Assembly (NCBI GenBank): GCA_047495785.1
Contig: JBLDXI010000021.1
Location: forward strand, 682,001-746,000
DNA length: 64,000 nt
Source: Lepidodermella squamata
Taxonomy: Eukaryota > Animalia > Gastrotricha
Direction of reading: 5' to 3'
How positions within the stretch are numbered: the first letter of the stretch is position 1; the number at the start of each line of letters is the position of its first letter. The translations under genes were made by a program, and so were the position numbers. Positions 33,201 through 46,079 of this stretch are shown here, one piece after another. The notes under the pieces are model-generated. The model ran no database searches. It had not been told where the DNA came from and saw only the letters and a list, made by a program, of their open reading frames with translations.

Positions 33201-36200
33201 CCGCCCCTTTGCTTCAATTGATAAACAATTCTCATACGAGACGTCTCTAGCGGTACTACAGTGTTCAACGTTTCAGCAGGGGTTGAGCCGCTGTTGCATA
33301 GGCGAACAACGTAGGGTGACCTGAGCGACGGTCCGTTGAAAATCGTCACATTTCCAATGGCACAATCGATAGATAGATCGTCGACCCGGAATTTAGCTCG
33401 GCTGTTCTCGGAACCATCAGCGAGCCAGGTGCAAATCTGTGGGGTTTGATCGTTACTCGGGTAGCTTGGATTTCTTATCCCAATCCAGTTATTAGGAGGT
33501 AGCGATATACGACCACCACAAGCTATACATTTAATTCAAAAAAATTATTGAAAAATTAAAAAAGTGAATTACGAACCAAAATATTGATAGGTCAAGTTGA
33601 ATCCAACACCGGAGACTGATTCGTCTGTCGTGAAAACGACCCAAACCGAACTTGGCCCAACAGCAGTTGGGACATCAATCGGTAGGGCAGATCTGGTTTG
33701 ATTGGCCGAACAATAGGAACCCATAGACAGGGTGTCCGAATCGATGTTGAAACCCTCGTGAATTTCGACGGCATCATACATGCAATTGCTATGGTATTCC
33801 AGGCGCAAGTCGACAAACCGCAGCAGTAAAGACCCGGAAATGCCAGCTGGGACGACGAATTTCCATACGCAATACATGCTGTGGTTGTAGGTTCCATTTT
33901 GCGAGGCAATTCTGTAACCAGGGTTGGTTATACTGCCCCGATTTTGAACAGATGGGTTCAAACTAATTGTACCGCCACATTCAGCAACTTCAACTGAATC
34001 GAACAATGCCCGAAAACCGCCGCTATTAACCGAGCCATCAGTGCTGAAAACCACTGACATTTTGTTCATAGACGATCGGATAATGCCAGGCAATTGATTG
34101 CCGCAGAATTTACCGATCAACGGCGCTGATCGGTGAATTCCGTTGTAGGCAGCGACGAAATCGTACATGCAACTTTGATGCGATTCAAGGCTGAAATTTG
34201 TGAATCTCAACCGAATTCTACGACCGTCTGGGACTCGGATATTCCACCGACAAACGCGGCGATGCGGGTAAAGACCCGGGAAGTTGGGGCTTTGAATCGA
34301 TCCAGTCGCAGCTTCGATTTCCCCACCACATTCTTCAACACTAGCCGTGAATCTAGCGGCAAATCCTGGCGCGGACGAGGCGTCGTTGTTTGACTTGAAT
34401 CTCACAACGGCCCAGCTATCGGATGTATTCACAGAAAACGGCGCTGCTTCGTTCAAATTGCCGCATAGTGTCCGGATAACTGGGTCATTAGTTGTTCGCC
34501 CGTCGAAGACTTGGACGTTGTCTTCGCCGGGTGGACAGCCGATGTAAGTCGGGCGGGTATGGGCGAGTTCCAAGTGGGAGAACGTAACGGAAATGAAATG
34601 ACCAGTTGGGGCGTGAAGTTGCCAAATGCATTCGGTATTAGCTGGGTAATTAGTTGGATACCTCGGCGAGGTGAAATACCCGGTAGTTCCGTAATAACTT
34701 CCACCGCACTGAGCTGCAAAAATCAATAAAAATATTTGAAAAAATCAATCCAATTTCCTATAACTTACCAATATCAAGCTTGATAGAAAAGCCCGTTCTC
34801 TCGACAGATTCATCAGTAATGAATCTAACCAGCAAGGTGTTGTCAGAGGTTCGAAGTGTTGAGACTGCATCACTCCCACAAACACTCGCCAGTAGCGGTG
34901 AATGGGTGGTCGAACCATCTCGAAGCTCAACTACGTCATGAAAACACCTCGACAAGAAACCACTCTCCAAATCAATTTTTTCAAAATTTATCCGAATAGA
35001 TTCGCCAACTGGGGCTGTAATCCGCCATATGCAGTCAAGATGGGCCAGATAATTCTGAGGAAAACGTGGCGATGTGATTGTAACTGAAGGATTCTCGTGA
35101 GACAGCGAGAATAAATCGCCGCATTGGAACGGAATTTCGCTGAAACTCAACCGAAATCCGGGCGCAACTGGGTTTGTCCTCGACGCGAACACCACGGTCA
35201 TGTAATTTGATTGGCTCGTTAATTGCCAACCAGGCCGAGTAGTGCCGCAGTAACGATTACGTCCTGTTGCCGATACTTCGACGTAGTTATTTAAACACCT
35301 TGGCGGGATGTCGTTAATTCCAAACTGGTCAACAAAATTCGCCTTGATTTTTCGCCCTGGTTTAGCTACGATTGTCCACAGGCAGGTTTTATTCGATGGA
35401 TAGGCCTGAGGGTACTTCGGGCTGGTAATATTGCCGCTGGATGTTGTTATCAAAGATCCGCAATCCTCAGCTGCAGTAAAGTTGAAACCAATACTGCCCA
35501 GTGACGTAGTGAAGGGTATGAAAGAGGTTCGCGGGGGTCTGTAGATTATGGTCACTTGATTGGTGATCGAACTTAGAGGCGTCGAAGGCCTTTGCTGACC
35601 ACATAGCCGCCTTGATTCGACTGTTCTGCCGTAGACGTCTGAAAAATTGAAAAAAAACAGCAAATAATAAATTTAATTAAAAAAATAATAAATTAGTTAA
35701 ATTAAATAAATTAATAAATTAATTAATTAATTTTGCAAATTTTTATTTAATTTAATTTCAATTTCAATTTAATTTCATCATTTTAAAAAAATTTTCGTAT
35801 TTAAGTATCTTGATTTTCGAACCTTCATAGAATGCGACGTAGCTATCCTGACAAGCTCGGGACCACATCGGGATGTTGAGAGATGAAAAGTTGAAGGTCA
35901 AATGACTCGCTGGCGATGAAGTTATCCTCCAACCACAAAGTGAGGCGTTCGACGCATTAGCCGGTGGTGTAATCACCACAGGCCTTGAGTCGTTTACCTT
36001 CACTTCAAAAAAACACGGCATGAACGCGTAAGATCCAGGCGCTGGGGGCCTCCACAGCGTCGCCGTCCAGTTGGCTAAAAATCCAAAAGACTCGATAGAA
36101 GAGTCTGTATGCAGGTAAAAATGTAGGCTGTTTCCAGTTGAATAGACAACTCTCGGCGAAGCCCGGCGTCCGCACATTCTACGATTCAGGAGTGGGCTAT

Positions 36201-39200
36201 CACGAGAAGGACCGTCCCGAATTTCGAGAAAATCTCCCAAACACCTGCCAATTTCATTCGAGTTGGAATTCTCAAGATCAAAAGCCAGAAATTCGAGACG
36301 AATGACGTAGTTAGGCCTGACGTTGATCGTCCACCTCACGTCAAGATTCGGCTGGTAATGACTTGGGTAATTTGGCGACGCGATTTGGCCCGAATCGCTC
36401 GAGTAACTTCCGCCGTAGATCGTGAAAAATCGCAGCATAAAGCCACGACCTTGAATGTTAGCATCACTGCTGAATTTCAGCCATATCGGGTTGGCTGGTT
36501 GAACGTCACTTGAAATATCGTTACGGCCACAAAGCCGGGGTATGAGCAACCGTCCACCTGGACCGCCCTCTCGAAGCTCGACGAAATCACTCGAGCAAGG
36601 CGAGCTGCGTTGAAGATCAAGCTCCCTAAATTTCAAGGCTTAAAATTAAGTAGATAATTTGAATCAAATACTCACGTGAACTGAATTCCGATTTTATTGC
36701 CAGGCGACGCCTTAATTGTCCAAATGCATTCGAAATTTGGCGGATAAGAGTCTGGGTACATCGGGGAGGTAATGATTCCATGATCAGCCTCAATTCTTCG
36801 ACCGCAATCTAAAATGGGAACAATTTTAGAAATTGTTTTTCAGTGAATTTTATTCCTACTCGTAGATTGGTCTAGACGAGTTGCCGTAGCCAGGAATCCA
36901 GATCTAGGTATGTAATTGCTGGACGAGATGAATCTGACGACCAATTTCAACGACCTGGCAAAAATTGGTTGTGGTAACTCCGTGCCACAAATCGGCCCAC
37001 CGCCCAAAACGATTGAATCTGGCCGTTCACCATCAGTAACGCGAATGTAAGTCTCGCAACCGGCCGAAGTCGCGTTAGGCAGATCGAAACGGGTGAAATC
37101 AAGCATAACACGGCCGCCATTGATGGCCGTGAAGATCCAGGTGCAATTAGCGCCAAGATGGTAGGGTCTTGGGTGATTTGGCGAACTGAACTCAGCGGAA
37201 GGTTTCTCAGTTGTTAAATTAACTGCGGCTCCGCAATACTCAGTAAAAGCCTGGGAATATTCAAAACTCGTTTTTTAGATAGACTTCCAAGATTCAAGAA
37301 ACTTACAGCACTGAAGCCTGAATACTGGATTGAGCCGTCAGCCTTCATCTCAACCAGCATATCATTCCGATGAGAGCTAATGTAAGTTCGAGGCTGGGGC
37401 ATATTAACGCCACAATGGCGAAGTAGCCGCGTCCTATTATTTGAAGTCTGGAAGCCATCGTAAACATCAACATGGTCGTAGACGCAAGCTCCATTGGGAC
37501 TGTCTTCGAGTTGGAACGATAAGAAGGTCAAATTTACCTAAATTAAATTTAAATTAAATTCATTTCTTGTCAATCCAGCTAAAATTACCGCATGCATTGG
37601 CTGGGCATGAAGGAACCACTGACAAAACACGTTTTGAGGGTAGACAGTAGTTCCGGGTAAAACTGGTGATGAAATCTGGCCAGATGGAACGCTGAAGGAC
37701 CCGCCGCATCCGCCTTCGATGAACCGATAGTAAGCTCGAATACGACTTCTTTCGTTCGGGAAAACCTCCATAGGATTGAGGTGGAGGGTCATGAAATTTC
37801 CGGTGCTCGTGAAATTTCGCTCATCGGCTAAATAGCCGCAGATCGTCGACGCTGGGTTGCCTTCAACCGATGGCGAGTTGAAAATTTGCAACGACGCGTG
37901 TTCACAAGCGCCTTCTGTCTGCTCTCCGATGCTGATCTCTCGAATTGAGAGAAGAATTCGATTACCAAGCGGCGCTCGGATCGACCACTGGCACTCAACA
38001 TTAGGATTGGCGCCGTCGTAATCCGGGTCTGGTGTAGAATATTCGATGTAGCCGATAGGGTGAGTGAAAATTCTTCCGCAACCTATAAAATTTAGTTTTG
38101 AAATTTGCTCATTTTTATACCGAAATTGTTACCGATGACGAGATAGTCCAAACTAAAGCCATCTCCACTTCTCCGATCTCCATTGGTTACAAATTGGATG
38201 AAAACTTTATTGGTGTTTGAGGAGACCAAACCAGGCAACCGATAACCACAAGATTTCGCCAATAATTTACGGCTATTATCTAGCCCGATTTCATAAATCT
38301 AAAAATACCCGAAATAGTTCATTTCGACATTGGAAAAATGTGAGCTAACCGCAAGGTAATCATTCGTACAGTTTGGCGATCTATCGACATCGAAGACTGC
38401 GAATGTTATGTTGATCTTATTTCCAGCCGGAGCGTTGATAGTCCAGGAACAATTTAGGTAATCCGGGTATAAATCCGGATAGCCAGGGCTTTGAATCGTC
38501 GCATGCAATGAGTTTAATTCTATACCCTGGCAACGAGTCTGATAATTTATCATGAAACCAGTTCCAGACACGCTTCCATCCGAGCGGAACCTGACCCATA
38601 GCCGGCTTGAGTTGACGGAAATAGCCGGTGGTATGTTAGTGCTGTTGCAGTAACGCCCGACTAAGTTGCCCATAGCCCCTCCATCTCGCATTTCAACGTA
38701 GTCGAAATCACACTGGTGGTGATCTTCAAGATCCATAACAGGGATTGTCAGCCTCAATTGATTACTACTCGCAACTCTAATGTTCCAATAACAATCGGCT
38801 TCATGATCATACGGCAATGGGAAATTCGGCGATAAAATCGTTCCAGACGGCGACGACATCGTGCCGCCGCAGCCTGTTGTTATCGAGTCGAAAATCAGCC
38901 GGAAACCTCGACCTTCGATTGACGAGTCGGAGAAGAAGCGAAGATATAGCCGGTTAGAGTGGCTAATAAAAACACGCTGCGATATCGAAGATCCGCATAA
39001 TTTAGCGACGAGTGGCGATGACGGCAATGCGCCTTGACGAATTTCGAGGTAATCATAGCAACTACCGCTATTTGCCGGAGGTTCGAGGTCAAAGTCCGAG
39101 ATGTTCAATTTTACTTGTGATCCGGGCTGAAAATTCGCATATTTTGATAATGATTATCAAGCGATAGAAATTAAACTCACCCTTCCTATAATGGTCCATT

Positions 39201-42200
39201 CGCATGACAATCCACTTCGGTATCGTTCCGGGTAGTTGGGTGACCTAATTTGCCCGTAAGGTTGGCGCAATTCTCCGCCGCAAGCTGAAACAGCAGGAAT
39301 CATGGCGTAGGTCACCGTGAAGCCGATATCAGCCACCGATGCATCGGAAGAAAATTTGATGTGAAGAATGTTCGAGAAAGACGTCAAAACAGGTGGCGTC
39401 GAGTTGCCGCAATACCTTAGAAAATTTATCTCGATATAATGTTTAACTCATTTTTCCCTACTTACTTCCCTAATGTCCCGTTATAACCAGGGGACGGGTC
39501 TTCGTAGACATAAACGGAATCGAAGTCGCAATTTGCGTGTGATTCAAGGCCGAAAGTTGAGAAAGTGAGGCGAATGACATTACCCGCTGGCGCTGAAATT
39601 CCCCAGTAGCACGACACACCGTGAGGATATCGCCCTGGAAAACCAGGTGTGTTGATTGTACCATGCGAATCGGTTAGGACGCCGCCGCAATCGAAGCCGA
39701 TTGATTCGTAAAAGCCGCGGAAACCCACCCGGCCGCCGACGATGGGTAAGAAGCGGACTAGAAGGGACGATGCGGTTGAGTTGAGTTCAAACGCTTGGCC
39801 GCGTCCGCAAATGCGCCGCTTCAAAGGCGACTCGGCGGCCGATGGGCCGTCGTAAATCTCTAAACAGTCACGTTCGTGTAAATCGAGCGAAGTGAATCGA
39901 ATTACCAAACGCAGAGCAGCCCCTTAAAATATGAAAAATATAATGAAATTAAAAATAATCATAATTTTATGATGAATATTCCTAATTTTCAAAAATTAAT
40001 TTAATTTGATTAAATATATTTTATTTTATATATTTTATTAAATTCGAAATATTTTATTAAATTTAATTCTGTCAATTTCCTTAGTCGAATAATTAATAAA
40101 TTTAAGATTACCTGTGGATATCAGATAGTTGCACTCCGAGTCGTTGGTGTAAGGTCTCGGAAAATTGGGACTACTAATACGACCTCTGTGGTCTGTAAAT
40201 ACGCCACCACAAGCTGTTGAATACCGCAAGCTGAAGCCCGAACCAATCGTGTTCGGGTTCATATCTGACCGAAATTTAATCAACAGCGTATTCCCAGGTG
40301 TTGTGCCCTTCAACAGCGACGCATTTGCAGGCTGGCCGCAAAATATTCCCAACTGTTGGGTGGTATCTCTATCAAACGATGACTGCAAAGACACGTAATC
40401 AGCAGTGCAGCCGGTTGAATATTCCATGTCAAGCCGTTGAAATTGGTAGCTGATCAAACGATCTGACGGTAGAGTGATCGACCAATAACAAATAGTGCCG
40501 GGTGGGTAGTTGCCCCGAGTTGGGTAGGTGATCACCCCAGATGGGGCTGAAAAATCCTGGCCGCAAGTTCGCGTCGAAGAGTATTGAATGTTGAAGCCGC
40601 CATTTCGATTATCGATAAAATCAGATTTGAAAATCACCGTGGCAACGTTGCTTAGGGTGCGAACAGGTGTGAGCGTCGCGGCTCGGCCGCAGTAACTTCC
40701 TAACAAAATGCTGACAAGCGGCGGATTTCCATCGTAAATCTAAAGTATTTGAATAAAAAAGTCGAATTCATTCATGGAAAAATCCTACCTTGAGCGAATC
40801 TGCAGAGCAATTAGTGCTAGAGTCGATGTCCATGGATGCGAAAGTGAATTGAATAATTGAACCAGGTACCAGTAAAATGCGCCAAACACAATTCCTACCC
40901 GGAGGATATGGGCCGGGAAAACCTGGGCTAGTTATGCTTCCGAAGGGTGCTGTTAGGAACCCGCCACACCTCGGTCGAATCGACGACCAGCGAAGCGTGA
41001 ACCCCATGCCTGAATGGGACGCATCGCTGTGAAATTTTATGATAACAGAATTTCGGGACGAATTTCTCGGCGCTGGTACCGTTTTGCCGCACATCCTCGG
41101 GAAAAGTAGAGGGTAAGCCGATGTTGGGCCATCCCTAATCTCGACGTAGTCGTAGTTACAATCAGGCGCGTCGAGTTCCAAATCCATTTGCGAGAAATCG
41201 ATTTTTAGTATCATATTCGCATCTGGGTTCAAAATTCGCCACTCGCAATCCATCGAATGGTTGTATGCCGTTTGAAATTGCGGATATTTCAGCGTGCCAT
41301 TCGGAGCTGTTAACAACCCACCGCAGCCTTCAAGCTCTCGCTCGCACATGCGACCAGTGAAGCGAGCTGGGCAATTACAGCGGAAGCCATTTACGCCATC
41401 TTGGCAGGTACCGCCGTTGGAGCACCTCACGTAGGCGCAATCGTCGATGTTAATCTCGCAACGCTGGCCTGAGAAGCCGGCCCGGCACAAACATGTGAAG
41501 TAACTCGCTCCGGTAGGCGATTGACAAGTGCCGCCGTTGAAACAGGTGAGGTTCGAGCATAGCCCAGTAGATCCACCTGCGAGCGGGAAACATCCTGATG
41601 GGCCGTAACCCGCGCCGGTATAACCAGGAGGGCAATTACACTATAGGATGAATCGTCCACCTTAATTCTGCAATTTTTTTTGGATTTTTTTTGTATACAA
41701 ACCTGGGGCAGTAATGAATTTTGAATCGCGACACATGCTGCGAGAGGGTGGCAGAGTGAATTTCCAGCTTGGCACCGGTCTATAGGTCGGCAAATGCGGC
41801 CATCGCCCAAGAAACCCTGTGGGCAGCTGCCGCAGATGTAGCTACCGGGTGTATTCGTACAGCTGACGTAGGGATTCCTAGAACAAGGCCTTTGACCGGC
41901 GCACTCGTCGATGTCAACGCAGTCACGCCCTACTGTTGAGTACCCAGCTGGGCAGCGGCCGCAAGCGTAAGTTCCTGGTAGATTTATGCAAGCGACTCGT
42001 GGCACTCTGGAGCAAGCGTGGGTTCCATCTCGGCACTCGTCGACGTCCGTGTTGCAAGGCCCTAGTGGAGCAGTTGTGGGCGATTGTTTCCAACCGGTGT
42101 TACAAATGCATCTATAAGCTGGCTGAAAGATGAAAAATGATTTTTATAATTTTTTCGTAATAGTTGATATTCCTACCGTTCCTCTGATGGTTCTAGCGAT

Positions 42201-42857
42201 ATCGATGCACGTGCCATTACCGCATGCTGTCGATGTGCAATCGTTAATTGAAATTTCGCAAAACCTGCCGGAAAATTCTGGTGGGCACTGGCAGGTGAAT
42301 GACCCGGGCTGATTTAAGCATGTGCCGCCGTTGTGGCAGGTAGGAAAACGAGACTCTATACACTCATTCACATCTACCCGGCACGTTGGCCCCTATAAAA
42401 TTGGTAAATTCACGAGAATTAGATTCAATTAAGAGCTTGCCTTCCAATTTGAAGGGCATACGCAGAAATTTTTATTCCCTGAAGGAATACAAGTGCCTCC
42501 ATTGTTACAGGTGGATGAGGAGTTGCACGCGATGTCAGTCTAAAATATTCCAATTTTTTCGATTAGTCTAACTAGAGACTGAACATTTTTACGTTTCCAA
42601 GGAAAGCAGCTAGGCTAATCCCGTTAACAGTGACAACTCCGCTCCCTGCTGTTTTTAGGGACAAATTCCGATTTGGAGCCGATGCGATAACTAAATTTCC
42701 ATCCGGCAGCACCTGGAGGTAAGGCCTGCAAGGACATTAGACAAATCGAAAAACAAATTTAAATATTTTTTCAAGACCTGCTGTCATCTTCTTGCTGAAT
42801 TGTGAACTCGATGAAAGTGTAGAAAATAGCGCAATAAACAAGACAAAGCAAGTTCAT
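30272..42857 (-). CDS. CUBN: Cubilin: signal peptide, N-terminal amnionless-binding segment, 8 EGF domains and a long CUB array (many short introns)
   Basis: ATG at 42857, then PYLQVLPDGNLVIASAPNRNLSLKTAGSGVVTVNG (cubilin N-terminal motif), eight EGF/cbEGF repeats and more than 20 CUB repeats (CGG...SPNYP...C.W...DY.EI.DG...GF) with no TM segment. The last exon ends GFRLTYRGILL-TGA. Confidence 0.93.
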
Positions 42858-43340
42858 TGCTGGCAAATTTAATAATTATTATACTGCCGGTGAATTATAT
42901 ACCGACAGTTGCAAATATCTGATTATACAACCCTTCGCCCGCGTGTTTCGGTAACATCACATGCTGAGATTTATTCATGCATGCGAATTTCATTTCATTT
43001 CACTTCACCCACAACATCGGTTCATGTGTAATTTTGCAACACGGCTTGGTTACTTAAAAGCCTTGCAATAATATCAAAATTATATAACGATCAATGTAAA
43101 AGGAAAGAGTTTGAACAGATTTAGACAATTGAATATCCAATCAGATGTTTTACTAATTCATGGGGCGTGATTCGACGCGCAGTTCTTATCAATCTCGAAA
43201 AAACAGAAAGGAATCATCAATGATTAAAGCCCCTCTTTTGATATCGTTAAATCAATGCTATAACAACGCGCAGGTTGTTCTTGTACGACCCTCCAAAAGC
43301 TTCGACGCATTTGAATTTTTTTGAGTCGCATTGTGTAAGT

Positions 43341-44660
43341 ATGATACATTTTAGCCAGGTAACATTACTGCTGCTTTCGTTTTCAACGGTCGCCAACTCG
43401 GGGCCGGCTGTTACGGGGCGAGCGGCTGTTGGCTACGTTCTACTGAACGCCAACGTGCTAAGCACGACAACCACTGTAACATCTGCGAGATGTTTCGCCG
43501 CTTGCATAGACACTGGAGCGACTTGCAAGGCTGTTAATTGGTTTCGCACGTCTCAGAATTGCACCCTTTTAAGCCAGGCCTACGGCACAGTGGGTACCAA
43601 TTTGACTTGTAACATGGATGCGGTTCATTACACCGTCAATATGGCCTTACTACCTGCTTACAGCTTCGTCAGCCCTGACGTAAAAAAAACTCACGGTTTC
43701 GAAAGAAAATTTGCTGAAATACTGTTTTTTTTAAGATTGCTTGCTTGCAAATTAACTCGAACGGGGACGCTTGTCCTAATGACTATGACCAGTGCCAGTT
43801 GACATGTGTTAGCAATGTCTGGAAGGCATCTTGCGGCGCACCAACGACTTATCTGTCGTGCAAGGATGCCTACGCTAAGGGTGAACGTAGGAATGGAGTT
43901 TACTCGTTGAAACCAGACTCAAATGCTGCCTTTGCCGCTTACTGTGAAATGGTTCCTGATCCGATCTCGAATTCCCCTCCGGGCTATACAGTTATTTATC
44001 GGCGAAAGGACGGGACTTATCCTACATTGGGATCAATGACGTGGTCTACGATGGTCAATGGCTTCGGAGCCATGGACGGAGAGTTTTTCTTAGGTTTGTT
44101 TTCATCCCTATTGAAAACACATTTTGAGCCAAAAAATTTCTAGGTAACGATAAGATCTCAAGACTTTCCGCACAGTCCAGCGAGCTCCTTGTTCTGCTGT
44201 GGCCGTTTGATGGCGACAAACACTTTTACTCGGGCGCTCAGCTTAACAACTCTTTTGCCAGGTACACCTCTTTCAAGTTGAACGGTCCGGGGAGTTCGTA
44301 CGGCTTATCAATTCCAACATTCGCGGAAGGCAATGCTGGTAGGTGTTTCTTAGATAAGCTTGTAAATCCATGGAACTTCTATGTGCCATACCAGGGGACT
44401 CGCTAAAGCTCCAAGCCGGATTAGGCAAATTCTCAACGACGGACAATGACTACAGTGGTAGATTTAGCACGTTTCAAAGCCCAGGCTGGTTGACGAACAC
44501 AGTGCCGCAAAATCCGATTGCTACAGCCGTTAGCAATTTATTCGGCCGATACGCGTATGGCTGGACTACAGGCTACAACAGCCAAACAATGTATTGGACC
44601 ACTCTTAACGCAAATATTTCGTCTTACAGCTTGCAACGTGTCGAACTAAGAATCCGTTAA
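43341..44660 (+). CDS. Secreted PAN/Apple plus Cys-rich linker plus fibrinogen-related domain (FReD) protein
   Basis: Signal peptide, PAN pattern (RCFAAC...CKAVNW...NCTLL), and FReD motifs SCKDAY...GVYSLKP...AYCEM, YTVIYRRKDG, GFGAMDGEFFLG|NDKI, KFSTTDND. Four exons. Confidence 0.8.
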
Positions 44661-44793
44661 GTATGAGCGTACGATTCAAAGAACCATGAGACAGAACTAA
44701 ATTTATTTTTATTAAGACTATTTAGATAAGTCTGAGCAAACGTTGACGTGATTCATTGATAATATTTCCCTAATAAACCAAGTTTGACTTTGG

Positions 44794-45336
44794 TCATCCT
44801 ATTGATTTGATGATGCGTTTGAAGAAGTGCCAAAACATAGATTGCCAGTCAATTTGAAACTCGCGCCGGTATTGCTGCAGCAGTTCTGGATTTTCTTTGA
44901 ACCTTTGGCATGAATTTTGGCATTCTTCCTCACTCGTGTACATGTTATGCCCTGTTCCGCAGCCTATAGATACCTGCTCACAATCCAATCTTGTTCGATT
45001 GAATACGAATGCGCTGCGGATGATCGAACAGTCCCATAGTCCTGGTCGTATGTAGTAAGCAGAGCCGACGCAGCCTACTTCTTCCCATGCTGCAAGAGAG
45101 GGTAAATAATATTCCACTTTAAGACCACTTCAGACGTGTGAGATGGCTAATTGAGTAGGACAAAGGTAAACTAGCTCACCTACCTAGTGGCGGCAGTTCT
45201 TCTTCGCCCGATGCGCCCGATGTTACCCTGGATAAAAAAGGGAAGACATATATTATGATTGGAGCTGGAAATAGCGGCTTTTTCCTTACAATAACAGGCA
45301 GCAGAAATATGCGAGGGAGTTTCCAAGCCTGAACAT
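44794..45336 (-). CDS. Small secreted Kunitz/BPTI-like domain protein (3 exons)
   Basis: Signal peptide MFRLGNSLAYFCCLLLVTSG and six Cys in Kunitz spacing: GC...WDC...FVFN...DC...IGCG...NMYTSEEECQNSC. Confidence 0.7.
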
Positions 45337-46079
45337 ACTTTTTAGCTTGTTTTAACTAATTTGCACTGATTGCAACTCCCTATGTTTTTAATTACCCCCA
45401 CGCATTCGGTCACGCGTCATTGCGCGACGTATTTTCGGGTTTCAAGTTCACGTGATTTTTGCTCCCCACCAATAGTGGGATATTTGTTTCGGTCTCAGTA
45501 TAAACCTTGTGTTTTTACAAACAAAAGTGAGCATATTTTGTCATGTCAAAAATTAATCCGAACCGGCTGTATGAAATCCGGTTTGAATCTCTCAATCAAA
45601 TCACAAATTCCCAAAGCAATCGCATCAGGCCATGAGCGTCGCGCACCTGTCTCTGCTGCGCTTCTCGTGGCACAGAGCAATATTCAGAATTAATCAATGC
45701 GTCCGTCAAACATTGGCGAATGGCACTCAGCTGTCATGGATTCCACTTCATTACTACTTTATTTTTTATTGCTGCACAGGGCCATCGCGGAACACGCGCG
45801 CCATCAAGGGAGTAGGCCTACAATATATCAATATCCCGACGATATATGCCGAGTAAAGAATCAATATGTTTGACGTAGGTGTGTATGACTGCGCTTCTCT
45901 AGTAAAATAAAAAAATTCATGATTTGCGCTGTATATTTCAATTTCACCATTAAGTGGCATGGCTGGATGTTGGGCTTACCTCTCGGTCAATAACGGCGGC
46001 AGATAGCAATCGGCTGAAACTTTAAGCCTCGGCAGCGCTTTCGCATTCTAATAATTCTCTCTGTCTATAAAGTCATTCG

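Noticed and set aside
35640-35810. Extremely AT-rich quasi-palindromic stretches (also near 14690-14800, 24050-24160, 31440-31540 and 39930-40110)
   Set aside because: Low-complexity intron sequence; no clear terminal inverted repeats or target duplications to call a MITE.
30272-42857. Regularly repeated units suggesting a repeat array or several genes
   Set aside because: They are the CUB and EGF domain repeats of a single cubilin gene split by short introns.
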